DNA of 51,699 nucleotides from a virus (Duplodnaviria; Caudoviricetes): IMG/VR virus record IMGVR_UViG_3300031182_000053, positions 1 to 51,699 of that record; one strand, 5' to 3'. Shown piece by piece: positions 28,041 to 37,678 of this stretch (position 1 is its first letter; each line of letters starts with the position of its first letter). The notes under the pieces were generated by a model. It saw only the letters and a program-made list of their open reading frames with translations, ran no database searches and was not told where the DNA came from. The position numbers and the translations under genes were made by a program.

Positions 28041-28520
28041 GTGATGCGTATGGAACGTAAAAAATTGATGGGCGTGATTGGGGAAAATCAACGTCGAGTA
28101 GAGCGCCTGCTCTCGGCTGTACGGATGGATGCCCGGGAAGGCGTGAGGGCATTTGAAAGTCGGGCTAATGATCTGGCAGAAGCGCTTTTTATGCTGCAAG
28201 AGAGACGCGATTTGAAACTCGTCAGTCTGCGGGCTCAGGCAAATAAACTAATTAAACAGGCATCTCAGCTGATCGCCGATTACATGGAGTTTGATAAAGA
28301 CCCGGACAAATACTTGCAGGAGCAGATCGAGCGCGCCGAAAAGGTCGAAAAGCGCGGCGGTAAACGAGCAGGATCAGGGCGCCCGTCACTCGGCGTTAAA
28401 AAACCGGTCATGATTACCCTGCCACAAGAGGACTGGAATATGATCGATGCCCGGATCGCGGCGGGGGAATATAAAGGATACGCTGATTATTTCAGATCTT
28501 TACATAGCAAAGCCCACTAA
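28041..28520 (+). CDS. Hypothetical protein with C-terminal ribbon-helix-helix-like domain
   Basis: RGGKRAGSGRP followed by VMITLPQEDW...YADYFR. Confidence 0.65.
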   Translation: MMRMERKKLMGVIGENQRRVERLLSAVRMDAREGVRAFESRANDLAEALFMLQERRDLKLVSLRAQANKLIKQASQLIADYMEFDKDPDKYLQEQIERAEKVEKRGGKRAGSGRPSLGVKKPVMITLPQEDWNMIDARIAAGEYKGYADYFRSLHSKAH

Positions 28521-28546
28521 CTAATACAGTCGGTGGGCTTAACTCT

Positions 28547-29224
28547 TTACTCTAAATTATCAATCGCGTACTGTGCTTCTTCCTTCGTAAATTTCTCACC
28601 ATGCTCTGATATCAACTGGTCGTAAATATCGGCATCGGACATGCTCATGAGTTCCGCATATTCTTGCGCCTTTTTCAGCGCATTTTCTTTCCAATCGACT
28701 TCGAGATTATCGATGGCATATTGAGCAGCATCTGCCGGGAATTGTTCGCCATACTCAGATGTCAGCTGATCGTAAATGCCTGCCTTTGACATGTGCATAG
28801 TATCAGCATATAACTGCGCTTTTGTTAACGCAGCTCTATACTCCCTTGGCACAGTTTCCTCTTTTTTCTCCGGCTCCTCTTTTGCCGGTTCTTGCTCTGT
28901 CGATTGTTCTTTTACAGGTTCCTCTGCTTCTTGCTTTGCAGCCTCTGCGTTCGCATTGTTAGCCTGATCATCCTTAGCTGTATCATTTGTGGCCGTATTT
29001 GTGGTAGTTTCAGTAGCGGCCTGATCGGCTACATTGTCTGCTTGTTCTGCTGGCGCACTAGGATTAGGGTCGGCAGCAAAGGCGATAATTAACACTACGA
29101 ACAATGCTCCCCCAATGATAAATTTCTTCTTTGCGGTTCCATTCTTTTTGACAGCTGAGATGATGCCCAGAACCATAAAAACAATGAAGCCAATGAAAGA
29201 TAATACACCAATAAAAGCCCACAC
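28547..29224 (-). CDS. Ltp-family superinfection exclusion protein
   Basis: Two AL.KAQ.YA..M.MS...IYDQL.SE.GE.F....AQYAIDNL repeats, acidic linker, two N-terminal TM segments. Confidence 0.88.
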   Translation of the reverse strand: MWAFIGVLSFIGFIVFMVLGIISAVKKNGTAKKKFIIGGALFVVLIIAFAADPNPSAPAEQADNVADQAATETTTNTATNDTAKDDQANNANAEAAKQEAEEPVKEQSTEQEPAKEEPEKKEETVPREYRAALTKAQLYADTMHMSKAGIYDQLTSEYGEQFPADAAQYAIDNLEVDWKENALKKAQEYAELMSMSDADIYDQLISEHGEKFTKEEAQYAIDNLE

Positions 29225-29682
29225 GGTAATACAACCCCTCCTGGTAATTTTATGGTTTTAGTCTACCAGACCTAGGAAATTATTTCTAGACTTTCTCCTA
29301 ATACTTTACAAACGTCAAGGGCATCTGGTATTATTTACCCATATCTTGTTTCTTTTTTTCTCGTACCACTTGCAGGCGCAAAGTGGATTTCTAAGTTCCA
29401 ATAGTACTTACTGATGTTATGTATTGGTAGGTCGGACAAATTCAACTGAGCTGGGCCGTTAAATGGCCGTTGCAGTTCAACGATTTGATCACTTTTTAAA
29501 AAAACCTTTTTGAACATGTATCTGAAACATGTGACATGAAAAAGGTTTTTGGCGATCAATCTTTGAACTTGCAACGGCTTTTTTTGCGTCCCATGAAATT
29601 TTGAAAGGTGGTGGTGGCCGATTTCTGTCCGGTTTCAGTCCAGTTGCTATTGGGCTAAATGAATTAAATTAAAAGTTGTTAG

Positions 29683-29699
29683 TTCGACATTTTGCGACA
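29683..29699 (-). promoter_or_regulatory. Tandem Spo0A boxes
   Basis: Minus strand reads TGTCGCA-aaa-TGTCGAA, 10-bp period. Confidence 0.5.
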
Positions 29700-29782
29700 G
29701 CGGGGTGTCGAGGGAAGGCTTAAAATAGGATCACGAGATGATAAGTATTACTTAACAACATGCTCGGGGGAGAGTAGAAAAT

Positions 29783-30010
29783 CTACTCATTCCTGTCGCT
29801 GGACCATCTCAGTACATATAAATCAGTCACACGGCAATTGAGAAAGTGGGCGGCGTTGATTGCGAATTCAAGCGACATTTTCGCCTTTCCCGAAATTAAC
29901 TGACTTACATAGGAGCGGGAACAGTTCATATGTCGTGCGAATTCTGCCTGCGTTATCCCTTTCTCTTCTAAGCGGTCTAGCAACAGGCATTCCCCGAGCC
30001 GGAATGCCAT
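29783..30010 (-). CDS. XRE-family HTH regulator
   Basis: GITQAEFARHMNCSRSYVSQL; RBS AAAGGAG. Confidence 0.88.
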   Translation of the reverse strand: MAFRLGECLLLDRLEEKGITQAEFARHMNCSRSYVSQLISGKAKMSLEFAINAAHFLNCRVTDLYVLRWSSDRNE

Positions 30011-30042
30011 TGGAAACTCCTTTCCAAACTATGTTAAAATTA

Positions 30043-30056
30043 CGAACGTTTGTTCT
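30043..30056. promoter_or_regulatory. LexA box
   Basis: CGAACGTTTGTTCT; extended -10 TGGTATGCT at 30076-30084. Confidence 0.75.
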
Positions 30057-30133
30057 AGTATCTGTTCGTATTTTGTGGTATGCTCGTCTTAACATCTCAC
30101 TCGGAAAAATATTACATCTAGGGGGTATGACCT

Positions 30134-30298
30134 ATCAAACCAATTTATACTATCCGCACTGAAGAACTCTTAGAGCGATTAAAACAAAGAGGTCTTGATG
30201 TCTCCGAAGCCGAAAAGTTTTTGAATGAACTTTCTAGTCAAGAAGATCAGCAGCCGACTGAATTAACTGAGCAAGTTTCTTCTTCTGTTCCTCAGTGA
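30134..30298 (+). CDS. Candidate SOS-induced antirepressor, ATC start, 54 aa
   Basis: RBS AGGGGG 8 nt before ATC; (M)KPIYTIRTEELLERLKQRGLDVSEAEKFLNEL...; converges on cI. Confidence 0.5.
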   Translation: MKPIYTIRTEELLERLKQRGLDVSEAEKFLNELSSQEDQQPTELTEQVSSSVPQ

Positions 30299-31058
30299 GC
30301 GGTTTGCCTTTTCTTGTTAAGTTGTGATTGGCTAATTCCTCAATAGGTATTTCGTCAAGCTCTTTTCCAGTCAAATATGGAGGGGAGCTTTCTCTTATTT
30401 GATCATCCTGATAATCAATGTTATGACGCAGGCAAAAATCTACAAGTTCATCCCAGAAATCATCAAGCGTTTTGTTTATGATTATGAATCTGTCCAAAGA
30501 CTCAATACCTTGCTTAATAGTTCGATAATTATAGTATTTGTTAAACTCCTCAATAGCCCATTCCTCATCTACAGACTTGTCTTCTTCATCCCGTTTTAAG
30601 TAATCAGAATACCACTTGTCAAAAGAATTTATATCCCCAAATGATGAGCGTTCGTATACCTCTTTATCTGAAGCATATCCACCAAAAATTTTGAAAATGT
30701 CCTCGTGGTATCGAGATGGGAAGAGGTTTTCGTCATTAGCAATTTTCTTTAATAAAGCAGTTATTTTTTTCTCCATCTTACGTTCTTCAGAATAAATCTC
30801 AGATAACATCTCGTTTTCCGGGTCGTCTTTATCCCAGTATCCGGCCAGAACCATAAGTTCAGCATAGGATGTGTCAAGGGCTTTAGACAATTTTTTAAGG
30901 ATTTCAGGGGAAACCTTAAGCGGTTTGTTCGTACCTCTCCGGTAACCATTCTCAATATCTGAGATGTATGTATGTGAAAGTCCAGTCAGATCAGCAATAT
31001 CTCTTAAAGATCGTTTTCCTCTGAGTTGTCTCAAAAAATTCCCGAGTTCATTACTCAT
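30234..31058 (-). CDS. CI-like immunity repressor (no S24 peptidase domain)
   Basis: SLRDIADLTGLSHTYISDIENG HTH; divergent from cro. Confidence 0.88.
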   Translation of the reverse strand: MSNELGNFLRQLRGKRSLRDIADLTGLSHTYISDIENGYRRGTNKPLKVSPEILKKLSKALDTSYAELMVLAGYWDKDDPENEMLSEIYSEERKMEKKITALLKKIANDENLFPSRYHEDIFKIFGGYASDKEVYERSSFGDINSFDKWYSDYLKRDEEDKSVDEEWAIEEFNKYYNYRTIKQGIESLDRFIIINKTLDDFWDELVDFCLRHNIDYQDDQIRESSPPYLTGKELDEIPIEELANHNLTRKGKPLTEEQKKKLAQLIQSAADLLD

Positions 31059-31084
31059 GTGAGTGAAAACCCCCTTTTTCAAAA

Positions 31085-31204
31085 TGTAAACAAAGCACAA
31101 CAAATAATGTAAAACAAAACTTACAAAAAGTCAATTGTACCATAAAAAAAAGTTGTTGCACAGACTATACATTGACGCCAAACGGATGTAAACTGTGTAC
31201 AACA
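31085..31204. promoter_or_regulatory. Lysis/lysogeny switch operators
   Basis: 18-bp TGT-N12-ACA sites at 31085, 31108, 31154 and 31187, with a fifth at 31421 inside cro. Leftward TTGACT-N17-TACATT. Confidence 0.7.
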
Positions 31205-31226
31205 GAAAGTGAGGTGAACAAACGAT

Positions 31227-31505
31227 ATGAAAAATATAGTTAGATATTTGCGAAGAAGTCAGGAATTTGATTGGACACAAGATGAGCTAGCCGAAAAGGT
31301 TGGCGTATCACGCGCAACGATTTCTGCAATCGAGAATGGGGCCAGCACCTCAGTAGAGGTATCTATTAGGATTGCCAAAGTTTTCAATCGTGATGTACGG
31401 GAAATTTTTTTTGACACCGATGTTGTACAGAATTTACAAGATAATCGCAAAGAATGTTCTGATTCGGTAAGCAAGAACGCGCAAACAAATGTATATGCAC
31501 CTTAG
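31227..31505 (+). CDS. Cro-like repressor
   Basis: WTQDELAEKVGVSRATISAIENG. Confidence 0.9.
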   Translation: MKNIVRYLRRSQEFDWTQDELAEKVGVSRATISAIENGASTSVEVSIRIAKVFNRDVREIFFDTDVVQNLQDNRKECSDSVSKNAQTNVYAP

Positions 31506-31534
31506 AGGCAAAGCGAGAAAGGGGATGGGAGCAA

Positions 31535-32308
31535 ATGAACAAACCGCAAATTTTCAATTTCAACGGCGCACAGATTCGAACAATTGAGAAAAACGGCGAA
31601 CCATGGTTCGTACTGAAAGATGTATGCCAGGTTCTTGAATTGAGCAATCCGCGCATGGTAAAGGATCGACTGCCAGAGGATGTAAGTTCAACTTACCCCC
31701 TTCAAACAGCAGGAGGCGTACAACAAACCACCATCATCAACGAAGACGGCCTGTACGACGTGATTCTTGAAAGTCGCAAACCGGAAGCACGTGCGTTTCG
31801 AAAATGGGTCACGTCGGAAGTACTCCCAGCGATCAGACAGCATGGCGCCTACATGACGCCTGCAAAAATCGAGGAGGTACTCCTTAATCCAGACACAATC
31901 ATCGATTTGGCTCAACGCCTCAAGCAAGCAAATGAGGAGCGGGATAAGTTGGTCCAAAAAGTCGAATCTGACCGACCGCTAGTACTCTTTGCAAAATCGG
32001 TGACAGCAAGTAAGAACAGTATTCTTGTTGGGGAGCTCGCCAAACTTATCAAACAAAACGGTGTTGATATGGGGCAGAACAGATTATTCGCTTGGATGAG
32101 AGAAAACGGCTATTTGATCAGCCGACGCGGTACAGATTACAACATGCCCACACAGCGGTCGATGGAGTTGGGGTTGTTCGAGATCAAAGAAACCTGTATC
32201 AGCCATTCTGACGGCCATGTGACAGTGAACAAGACGCCGAAGGTAACTGGCAAAGGGCAACTGTATTTCATCAATAAATTTCTTTCACAGCCTGTACAGC
32301 AAGTGTAA
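31535..32308 (+). CDS. Phage antirepressor (Bro-N + KilA-C)
   Basis: EPWFVLKDVC, WVTSEVLPAIR, VTGKGQLYF. Confidence 0.93.
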   Translation: MNKPQIFNFNGAQIRTIEKNGEPWFVLKDVCQVLELSNPRMVKDRLPEDVSSTYPLQTAGGVQQTTIINEDGLYDVILESRKPEARAFRKWVTSEVLPAIRQHGAYMTPAKIEEVLLNPDTIIDLAQRLKQANEERDKLVQKVESDRPLVLFAKSVTASKNSILVGELAKLIKQNGVDMGQNRLFAWMRENGYLISRRGTDYNMPTQRSMELGLFEIKETCISHSDGHVTVNKTPKVTGKGQLYFINKFLSQPVQQV

Positions 32309-32317
32309 GGGGGAGGA

Positions 32318-32638
32318 GTGATTATGAGCGAAAAGTCGCAAGTTATCCCGCTGCTGGAAGCATTACAAGCACTGAAACCTGGTTCTCTGGCAACGCAAGC
32401 AGACGTAGACAGATTCAAAAAGATCGTTACCGACTTTGTTGAGCATCAGAACAGAATCGTGACTAATTTGTCTCGGCGGCTCGAAGTGGTTGAGGGCGAT
32501 ATGGAGGACATATACGCCGACGACATCGCCAAAATGGCAGGTCTCATGTTTATCGAGCACAAAGGTCTGGAAGAGGAATTCTTGGACTTTCTAGAGGCGA
32601 AAACGATTGAAATATCCAGAGACGGACTCGTTCAGTGA
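32318..32638 (+). CDS. Hypothetical protein
   Basis: RBS; early operon. Confidence 0.7.
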   Translation: MIMSEKSQVIPLLEALQALKPGSLATQADVDRFKKIVTDFVEHQNRIVTNLSRRLEVVEGDMEDIYADDIAKMAGLMFIEHKGLEEEFLDFLEAKTIEISRDGLVQ

Positions 32639-32698
32639 TTCTCTTTGCTCTTTGAAAAACCGAAAACGAATCAAAACCAAACGAAAGGGCGTGACCAC

Positions 32699-32941
32699 AT
32701 GCCAATTATGATCCACCCGGTACACCGCCGGATGGCTGAACTGTTTAGAAAAATGAAGGATGGAACGTTGAACGTTTTTGAGGCAAGCGAGATGATGCAT
32801 TGCTTACAAGTAAACGCTGATCTGGTCCACAAGATCGACGGATACAAAGAAGCGGCATACGCCGGGCAAGTCATCGGCAACATGGATCTGGTCCAGCACT
32901 TTTCCGCAAAACTTGATGAGATGGAGGCGAAATGTACATGA
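32699..32941 (+). CDS. Hypothetical protein
   Basis: IHPVHRRMAEL; RBS AAAGGG. Confidence 0.65.
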   Translation: MPIMIHPVHRRMAELFRKMKDGTLNVFEASEMMHCLQVNADLVHKIDGYKEAAYAGQVIGNMDLVQHFSAKLDEMEAKCT

Positions 32942-33111
32942 ATCTAGCGCAAGATTACCGCGAAGAAATGGCGTTTTGGCTAAGCGTTAAGATGGATGCT
33001 GATATGCGTGGCGATAAAGTGACTTCGGACTTCGCGCTTTCACAATACCGCAGGAATCGCGAGAAACTCCGGGAGTTGTGGGGTGATCCTCATGTCGGAC
33101 GAATTGCTTGA
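32938..33111 (+). CDS. 57-aa hypothetical protein
   Basis: ATGA overlap, RBS GGAGG; below the ORF track cutoff. Confidence 0.55.
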   Translation: MNLAQDYREEMAFWLSVKMDADMRGDKVTSDFALSQYRRNREKLRELWGDPHVGRIA

Positions 33112-33226
33112 TCGCCTCGGAACATACTTCCTCCACTTCAACATCGGCGCCCGTTACGGCATTACCTTTGACGACTTTGTCGGGCGGGTACAGCGCGGGG
33201 TTTGGGTCGCATGGCTGGCGGCGTAG
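33092..33226 (+). CDS. 44-aa hypothetical protein
   Basis: RBS GGGGTG; MSDELLDRLGTYFLHFNIGARYGITFDDFV... Confidence 0.6.
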   Translation: MSDELLDRLGTYFLHFNIGARYGITFDDFVGRVQRGVWVAWLAA

Positions 33227-33358
33227 AACTCGACCGCTTCTCACGGCCGCTGTGGGGCGAGCAGGAGCGCCGAACGCCGAAGGAGGATAAACTGGCCGCC
33301 TACAATCGAGAGCGCGATGAGCGGCTTGAGGAGGGCCTGAAAGGAGGTGAGGAAGACG

Positions 33359-33571
33359 ATGGCGACAGTGACTGAGGTCAAAGAGAAAGCAGAGAAGGTG
33401 GTTGAGACCCTGAGCAAATTGCGGGATGGCATCTCAGATGTCTATAACAGCACTCATTCAATACTCGAAACATTATCACAATTTGCTTATACGGGGCTGG
33501 ACGATCTGATCGGAGATGTTGAGGAGATCCGTGATGATCTGGAGGACCTTGAAGAGGCTGAAAATCAGTAG
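33359..33571 (+). CDS. Acidic hypothetical protein
   Basis: RBS AGGAGGTGA. Confidence 0.65.
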   Translation: MATVTEVKEKAEKVVETLSKLRDGISDVYNSTHSILETLSQFAYTGLDDLIGDVEEIRDDLEDLEEAENQ

Positions 33572-33622
33572 CCTATTATTTTTTTGCCAAAATCGGGACT
33601 TTGAGCCTAAAAGGAGCGATGT

Positions 33623-34222
33623 TTGATGAACAAATTGACCGTTGAACTGGAATTAGACTGGTTCGATTCCGATACCGGGACAGTTTCAGACGAACTCAAA
33701 AATGAAGTGATTAGAGGCCTCCAGGATCGACTCATAAGCAAGGTCGAGAAGCAAGTTCAGTCGACTATTGAGGCGAAAATCACCGAAGCAGCTGACAAAG
33801 TCACCGGCGATTTCCTCATCGCCATCTTTGAGGAGAAACTTCAGAACATCAAAATCCCTTGGGAAACGGGAATGTGGCGGGAAGAAGTTAAGTTGCTATC
33901 TCTCAGTGAGTATGTAGGCAAACAGTACGAAAAGTTCCTTGAACGGAAAGTGTTTGATGAACGCGGAAATCGTACAGAACGCGATGCCAAGTATACGATT
34001 CACGAATATTTCGCTCGGAACATGCTTGGGAAAGAGCTTGAAAACAAACTTGCAGCACTTATTGCGAATGCGAGACAGCGGGCGGAGGATACCGTTTTGA
34101 ACACCCTTGAAAAGAATCTACGTGAGCAGCTATCCGCTGATATTATCAGCCGGTTGAACATTCCTTCGATGCTCAAGAGTTTGCAGGAAAAGGCGGCCGA
34201 AATCGAATTGAACGGGCAATAA
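33623..34222 (+). CDS. Hypothetical protein
   Basis: 199-aa helical ORF; RBS AAGGAG. Confidence 0.75.
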   Translation: MMNKLTVELELDWFDSDTGTVSDELKNEVIRGLQDRLISKVEKQVQSTIEAKITEAADKVTGDFLIAIFEEKLQNIKIPWETGMWREEVKLLSLSEYVGKQYEKFLERKVFDERGNRTERDAKYTIHEYFARNMLGKELENKLAALIANARQRAEDTVLNTLEKNLREQLSADIISRLNIPSMLKSLQEKAAEIELNGQ

Positions 34223-34248
34223 AAATCAAGCGAAAGTGAGGAAAAACC

Positions 34249-34509
34249 ATGGACGAAAAAACGCTGCAATACATGGGTGAGCGGGTTGATAAAGCCCGGG
34301 AATTGAAGGGGAAAATCAAGGAATTGAAGCACTTCCTTGAATATAGCGAAGGCAAGTCGTCTTACATCCAAATTTGCAATCACCATCACAACGGCCCTCA
34401 GATTAGTAGTCAGGTCCATCTACGACTATTTGAAAAGGCAAAGGCAGCAATCCTGAAAGAAATCGAAGAAGAGATCAAGCTCCTGGAGCAAGAGCTTGCG
34501 GAACTGTAG
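34249..34509 (+). CDS. Hypothetical protein
   Basis: RBS GAGG; operon context. Confidence 0.7.
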   Translation: MDEKTLQYMGERVDKARELKGKIKELKHFLEYSEGKSSYIQICNHHHNGPQISSQVHLRLFEKAKAAILKEIEEEIKLLEQELAEL

Positions 34510-34513
34510 GAGG

Positions 34514-34735
34514 ATGCCGATGCCCGAAACACCACAAATACCAACCGCTATCATAAAGAGCATTTACGAGCGGCAGCCGACTGTTGTCCGGATTGACCTT
34601 AACAATTACCTGTACGCCCTGGATTGGTTGCAAACAGAGGAAGACCCGCAAACAAGGGCTCAGTTGATTGGTGAGCTGGAACGGTTAGAGCAAAAGTACG
34701 GCGTGAAGGTAGACAGAAAAAAAGCCGCCCTGTAG
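34514..34735 (+). CDS. Hypothetical protein
   Basis: RBS AGGAGG. Confidence 0.6.
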   Translation: MPMPETPQIPTAIIKSIYERQPTVVRIDLNNYLYALDWLQTEEDPQTRAQLIGELERLEQKYGVKVDRKKAAL

Positions 34736-34792
34736 GAGCGGTCAATAAGTAAATACCCAAGACCAATATATCACGGAAAGTGAGGATAGCAA

Positions 34793-36370
34793 ATGGCAAA
34801 GCAAATTAGATTCATCCGGCTTGAACTTCAAAACTTCGCCGGGATCCGGGAACTGAAAGAACAATATGGCGATATCACTCGGCTGTCAGGTAAAAACGGC
34901 GAGGGGAAAACAACCTTCGGGGAAGCTCCGGCGTGGATCTTCTTCGGTACTGATATCTGGGGGAATCGTTTTAACCCAACTCCAACGACATATGAGTTTG
35001 GCCGAGTATATGCGGAGTTGACGCTTACAGTGGACGGTGCCGAAATGACATTCGCTCGGGAGATCAACGAGAAGGGCACCAATCATTTTTACATCAACGA
35101 TGTACCGACTAAGGCGAAAGAGTTCGAGGCTGCAGTAGTCGATTTACTTGACAAAGAAACGTTCTTATCTCTTTATAACCCGGGTTATTTCTTCACCCAG
35201 CATTGGACTAAACAGCGGGATCAGATTCTCAAGTATTCCACTCCGCCGGCAAAGTCCGAAGTTTTAGCCGAAATGAGTCGGACGAATCCGGAACAGAAGC
35301 TGAAGGACATCCCGCTCAACCCAGCTGCGGCGAAATTGGACGATTTGACAAAGAAACACTCGCTTGACGATCTCCAAAAAATCCATGGTGGCACCGGCGG
35401 CTTGAAATCAAAGCTTGAAAAGCAACATATCGCCGATCAGAGCCGTACCAAAACCCTCCGTGAACAACTGGACCGCCTGCCGGCTGCACCGGATGACATT
35501 GAGGCAGCAAAAACCGAATCGGCGGCGCTGCTGGAACAAATCCAGAAGATCAACGCTCAGATTGAAGCAGCGAAGGAAGCCAACGACAATCGGGCCGCGG
35601 TTCAGGCGCAACTCATGGCGGCGCAGAAGCAAGTAGAGTCCGCCAAAGACCGGTACATGAAGGTTTACAACGAGCCGATCGAAGATACCTGTCCGACATG
35701 CCAGCGTCCACTGGACGAGGAAGCCGTCAAAGCGGTCACCGACAGCAAAGAGAAACGCAAAGAAGAACTGCGGGCTGAGCATGCGGTGCTGGTCGCTAAG
35801 CGCAAGGAACTTGAGGGGCAATTGGCCGCCATCGAACCGGTTGACGTCTCCGAACTATGGGAGAGTATGCGTGAGCTTGAACGGAAGCGGGATGCTCTGG
35901 AGGACATGATCCACGCAGACAAGGCCCGGCAAGGTCTCAAGGCGGAAGTCGAAGCAGCGAAGAAGGCCGAGGACGAAACGCTCGCAGCCCTCAAGGAATC
36001 CATCTTTATCTTGGACGCGATCAAAGCGTACCGGGCCAAGGAGGCCGAACTCCAGGCTGAAAAAGTCCAGTCTCTATTCGAACGGTTAAAAATTCGGCTA
36101 TTCAAATATGTCAAGACCACGGGCGAGTACGAGCCGGACTTTTCGATCCAAATGGACGGCAAGGATTACGCAACTCTCTCCACTGGCGAAAAAATTGCCG
36201 CAGGGCTCGAGCTCACGGAAGTGCTGTACAAGCAATCCGGCCTGATCGTCCCGACCTTTATCGACGGGATCGGGGAGTACACGGGTAGGGTGGCAGTTTA
36301 TGGTCAGTTGATCACGGCCCGAGCGGTCGAAGATCGTGAACTTACGATCGAAACGGAGGATATCTCATGA
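34793..36370 (+). CDS. SMC/SbcC-like ATPase
   Basis: GKNGEGKT, coiled coil with CPTC hook, LSTGE signature, FID. Confidence 0.88.
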   Translation: MAKQIRFIRLELQNFAGIRELKEQYGDITRLSGKNGEGKTTFGEAPAWIFFGTDIWGNRFNPTPTTYEFGRVYAELTLTVDGAEMTFAREINEKGTNHFYINDVPTKAKEFEAAVVDLLDKETFLSLYNPGYFFTQHWTKQRDQILKYSTPPAKSEVLAEMSRTNPEQKLKDIPLNPAAAKLDDLTKKHSLDDLQKIHGGTGGLKSKLEKQHIADQSRTKTLREQLDRLPAAPDDIEAAKTESAALLEQIQKINAQIEAAKEANDNRAAVQAQLMAAQKQVESAKDRYMKVYNEPIEDTCPTCQRPLDEEAVKAVTDSKEKRKEELRAEHAVLVAKRKELEGQLAAIEPVDVSELWESMRELERKRDALEDMIHADKARQGLKAEVEAAKKAEDETLAALKESIFILDAIKAYRAKEAELQAEKVQSLFERLKIRLFKYVKTTGEYEPDFSIQMDGKDYATLSTGEKIAAGLELTEVLYKQSGLIVPTFIDGIGEYTGRVAVYGQLITARAVEDRELTIETEDIS

Positions 36371-36519
36371 AGCAGGGCAAGAACCCCACCCGGCGCCAGA
36401 AAATTATCATCAAAGAAGCCGGCTTAAACCCTGAAAACTGGCTCGTATGCAAGTCGTTGCCGGAGCGGTTGGTCCTAACGCATCGCTATACCGGTACCGA
36501 AAAAATCATTTTCATTTAG
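36367..36519 (+). CDS. 50-aa phage protein
   Basis: MKQGKNPTRRQK...GLNPENWLV; RBS GGAGG. Confidence 0.75.
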   Translation: MKQGKNPTRRQKIIIKEAGLNPENWLVCKSLPERLVLTHRYTGTEKIIFI

Positions 36520-36534
36520 GAGGTACTCATTCAA

Positions 36535-37470
36535 ATGGCAAGTGCAAATCAATTGGTTACGGTTGGAAATTGGAGCGTAGAAGATATTCAAACGATGAAG
36601 GAAACACTCGCCGCAGGAACGACAGATGCTCAATTTCAATTGTTTTTACGGACGGCACACGCCTCTGGCCTTAATCCTTTCTTAAACCACATTTATGCGA
36701 TTGTCTATCAAGGCAAGATGTCGCTCCAAATCGGGATCGAGGGGGTTGCTTACCTCGCTAAACAGCACGAAGGATACAGCGGTTATGACGCCCAGGTAGT
36801 ATGTGAGAACGACGCGTTCAAAGCCAAAAAGTCCACGGTGTACAACGAAAAAACAGGCGAGCGTGAAGATGAATGGACCATCGTGGAACATGAGATAGGA
36901 TTCCCGCGCGGGAAAATTATCGGGGCATATGCGATCGCTTACCGTAAGGGGTTCCCTCCATTCACTGTATTGATGGATTGGAGCGAAGTCGAACATTTCT
37001 TAAATAGCCCAATTCCTAACCAAAAAACGATGTGGACCAAGTACACGGCCGACATGTTCAAGAAGCACGTAGCGAAACGGGCTTTGAAGGGGCAATTTGG
37101 AATTGATATCAACGAGGATGAAGTTCCCGGAAATGGTTCAACATTGACTGAATCGGAACCACAGCGCCGCGATATCACCGCTGAAGCGAACGCTGCTACA
37201 GCAGCCACTAAAACGCCGCCTCCCGCTGAACCAGAGAATGCGGCGAATCCAGACGATGAAGCTGAACTGAAAAAATGCAAGGTCCAGATGAAAAAGAACT
37301 TTGTCGCATTGGGGATCACGACGCCTGAAGCTATGCAAGAATACACCGACCAGTACGGCAAATTCAAAAGCGAAACACCGACGCTTGAAGAAGTGAAGGC
37401 TCTCCTGAAGGTGATGGACCTTCATATCGCCGAGAAGCGGCAGGCTGAGCAAGATGAGCTCCCATTGTGA
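36535..37470 (+). CDS. recT: RecT/Bet-family single-strand annealing protein
   Basis: GLNPFLNHIY, IIGAYA, W...MFKKH. Confidence 0.85.
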   Translation: MASANQLVTVGNWSVEDIQTMKETLAAGTTDAQFQLFLRTAHASGLNPFLNHIYAIVYQGKMSLQIGIEGVAYLAKQHEGYSGYDAQVVCENDAFKAKKSTVYNEKTGEREDEWTIVEHEIGFPRGKIIGAYAIAYRKGFPPFTVLMDWSEVEHFLNSPIPNQKTMWTKYTADMFKKHVAKRALKGQFGIDINEDEVPGNGSTLTESEPQRRDITAEANAATAATKTPPPAEPENAANPDDEAELKKCKVQMKKNFVALGITTPEAMQEYTDQYGKFKSETPTLEEVKALLKVMDLHIAEKRQAEQDELPL

Positions 37471-37678
37471 TGTCGTACAACTCGACCTGTTCGGCGGCGC
37501 TGATTTAAATCCGCCGCCGGATCCGGCCGGGGAAGTGCTGAACGGCGTGTATTACGAGGCCGAAACTGATCTGTTTGTCTCCTTTGTGCTTGGCCGTAGG
37601 TATTACGAATGGCCGGCAAAGGGATGCGAATTTGATAGAAGCTGGCAGGAACGAATCAAAAGGGAGAGATCGATATGA
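37454..37678 (+). CDS. Hypothetical protein
   Basis: Coupled to neighbouring genes; QLDLF motif. Confidence 0.65.
   Translation: MSSHCDVVQLDLFGGADLNPPPDPAGEVLNGVYYEAETDLFVSFVLGRRYYEWPAKGCEFDRSWQERIKRERSI

Noticed and set aside
29335-29574. 79-aa minus-strand ORF
   Set aside because: TTG start with no RBS and no motif; not supported.
30127-30162. ATG start for the ORF behind the LexA box
   Set aside because: The ATG is 1 nt from the SD and gives only 11 aa; the ATC frame fits better.
26144-31230. Arbitrium or Rap-Phr signalling system
   Set aside because: No TPR receptor or signal-peptide pro-peptide gene seen.
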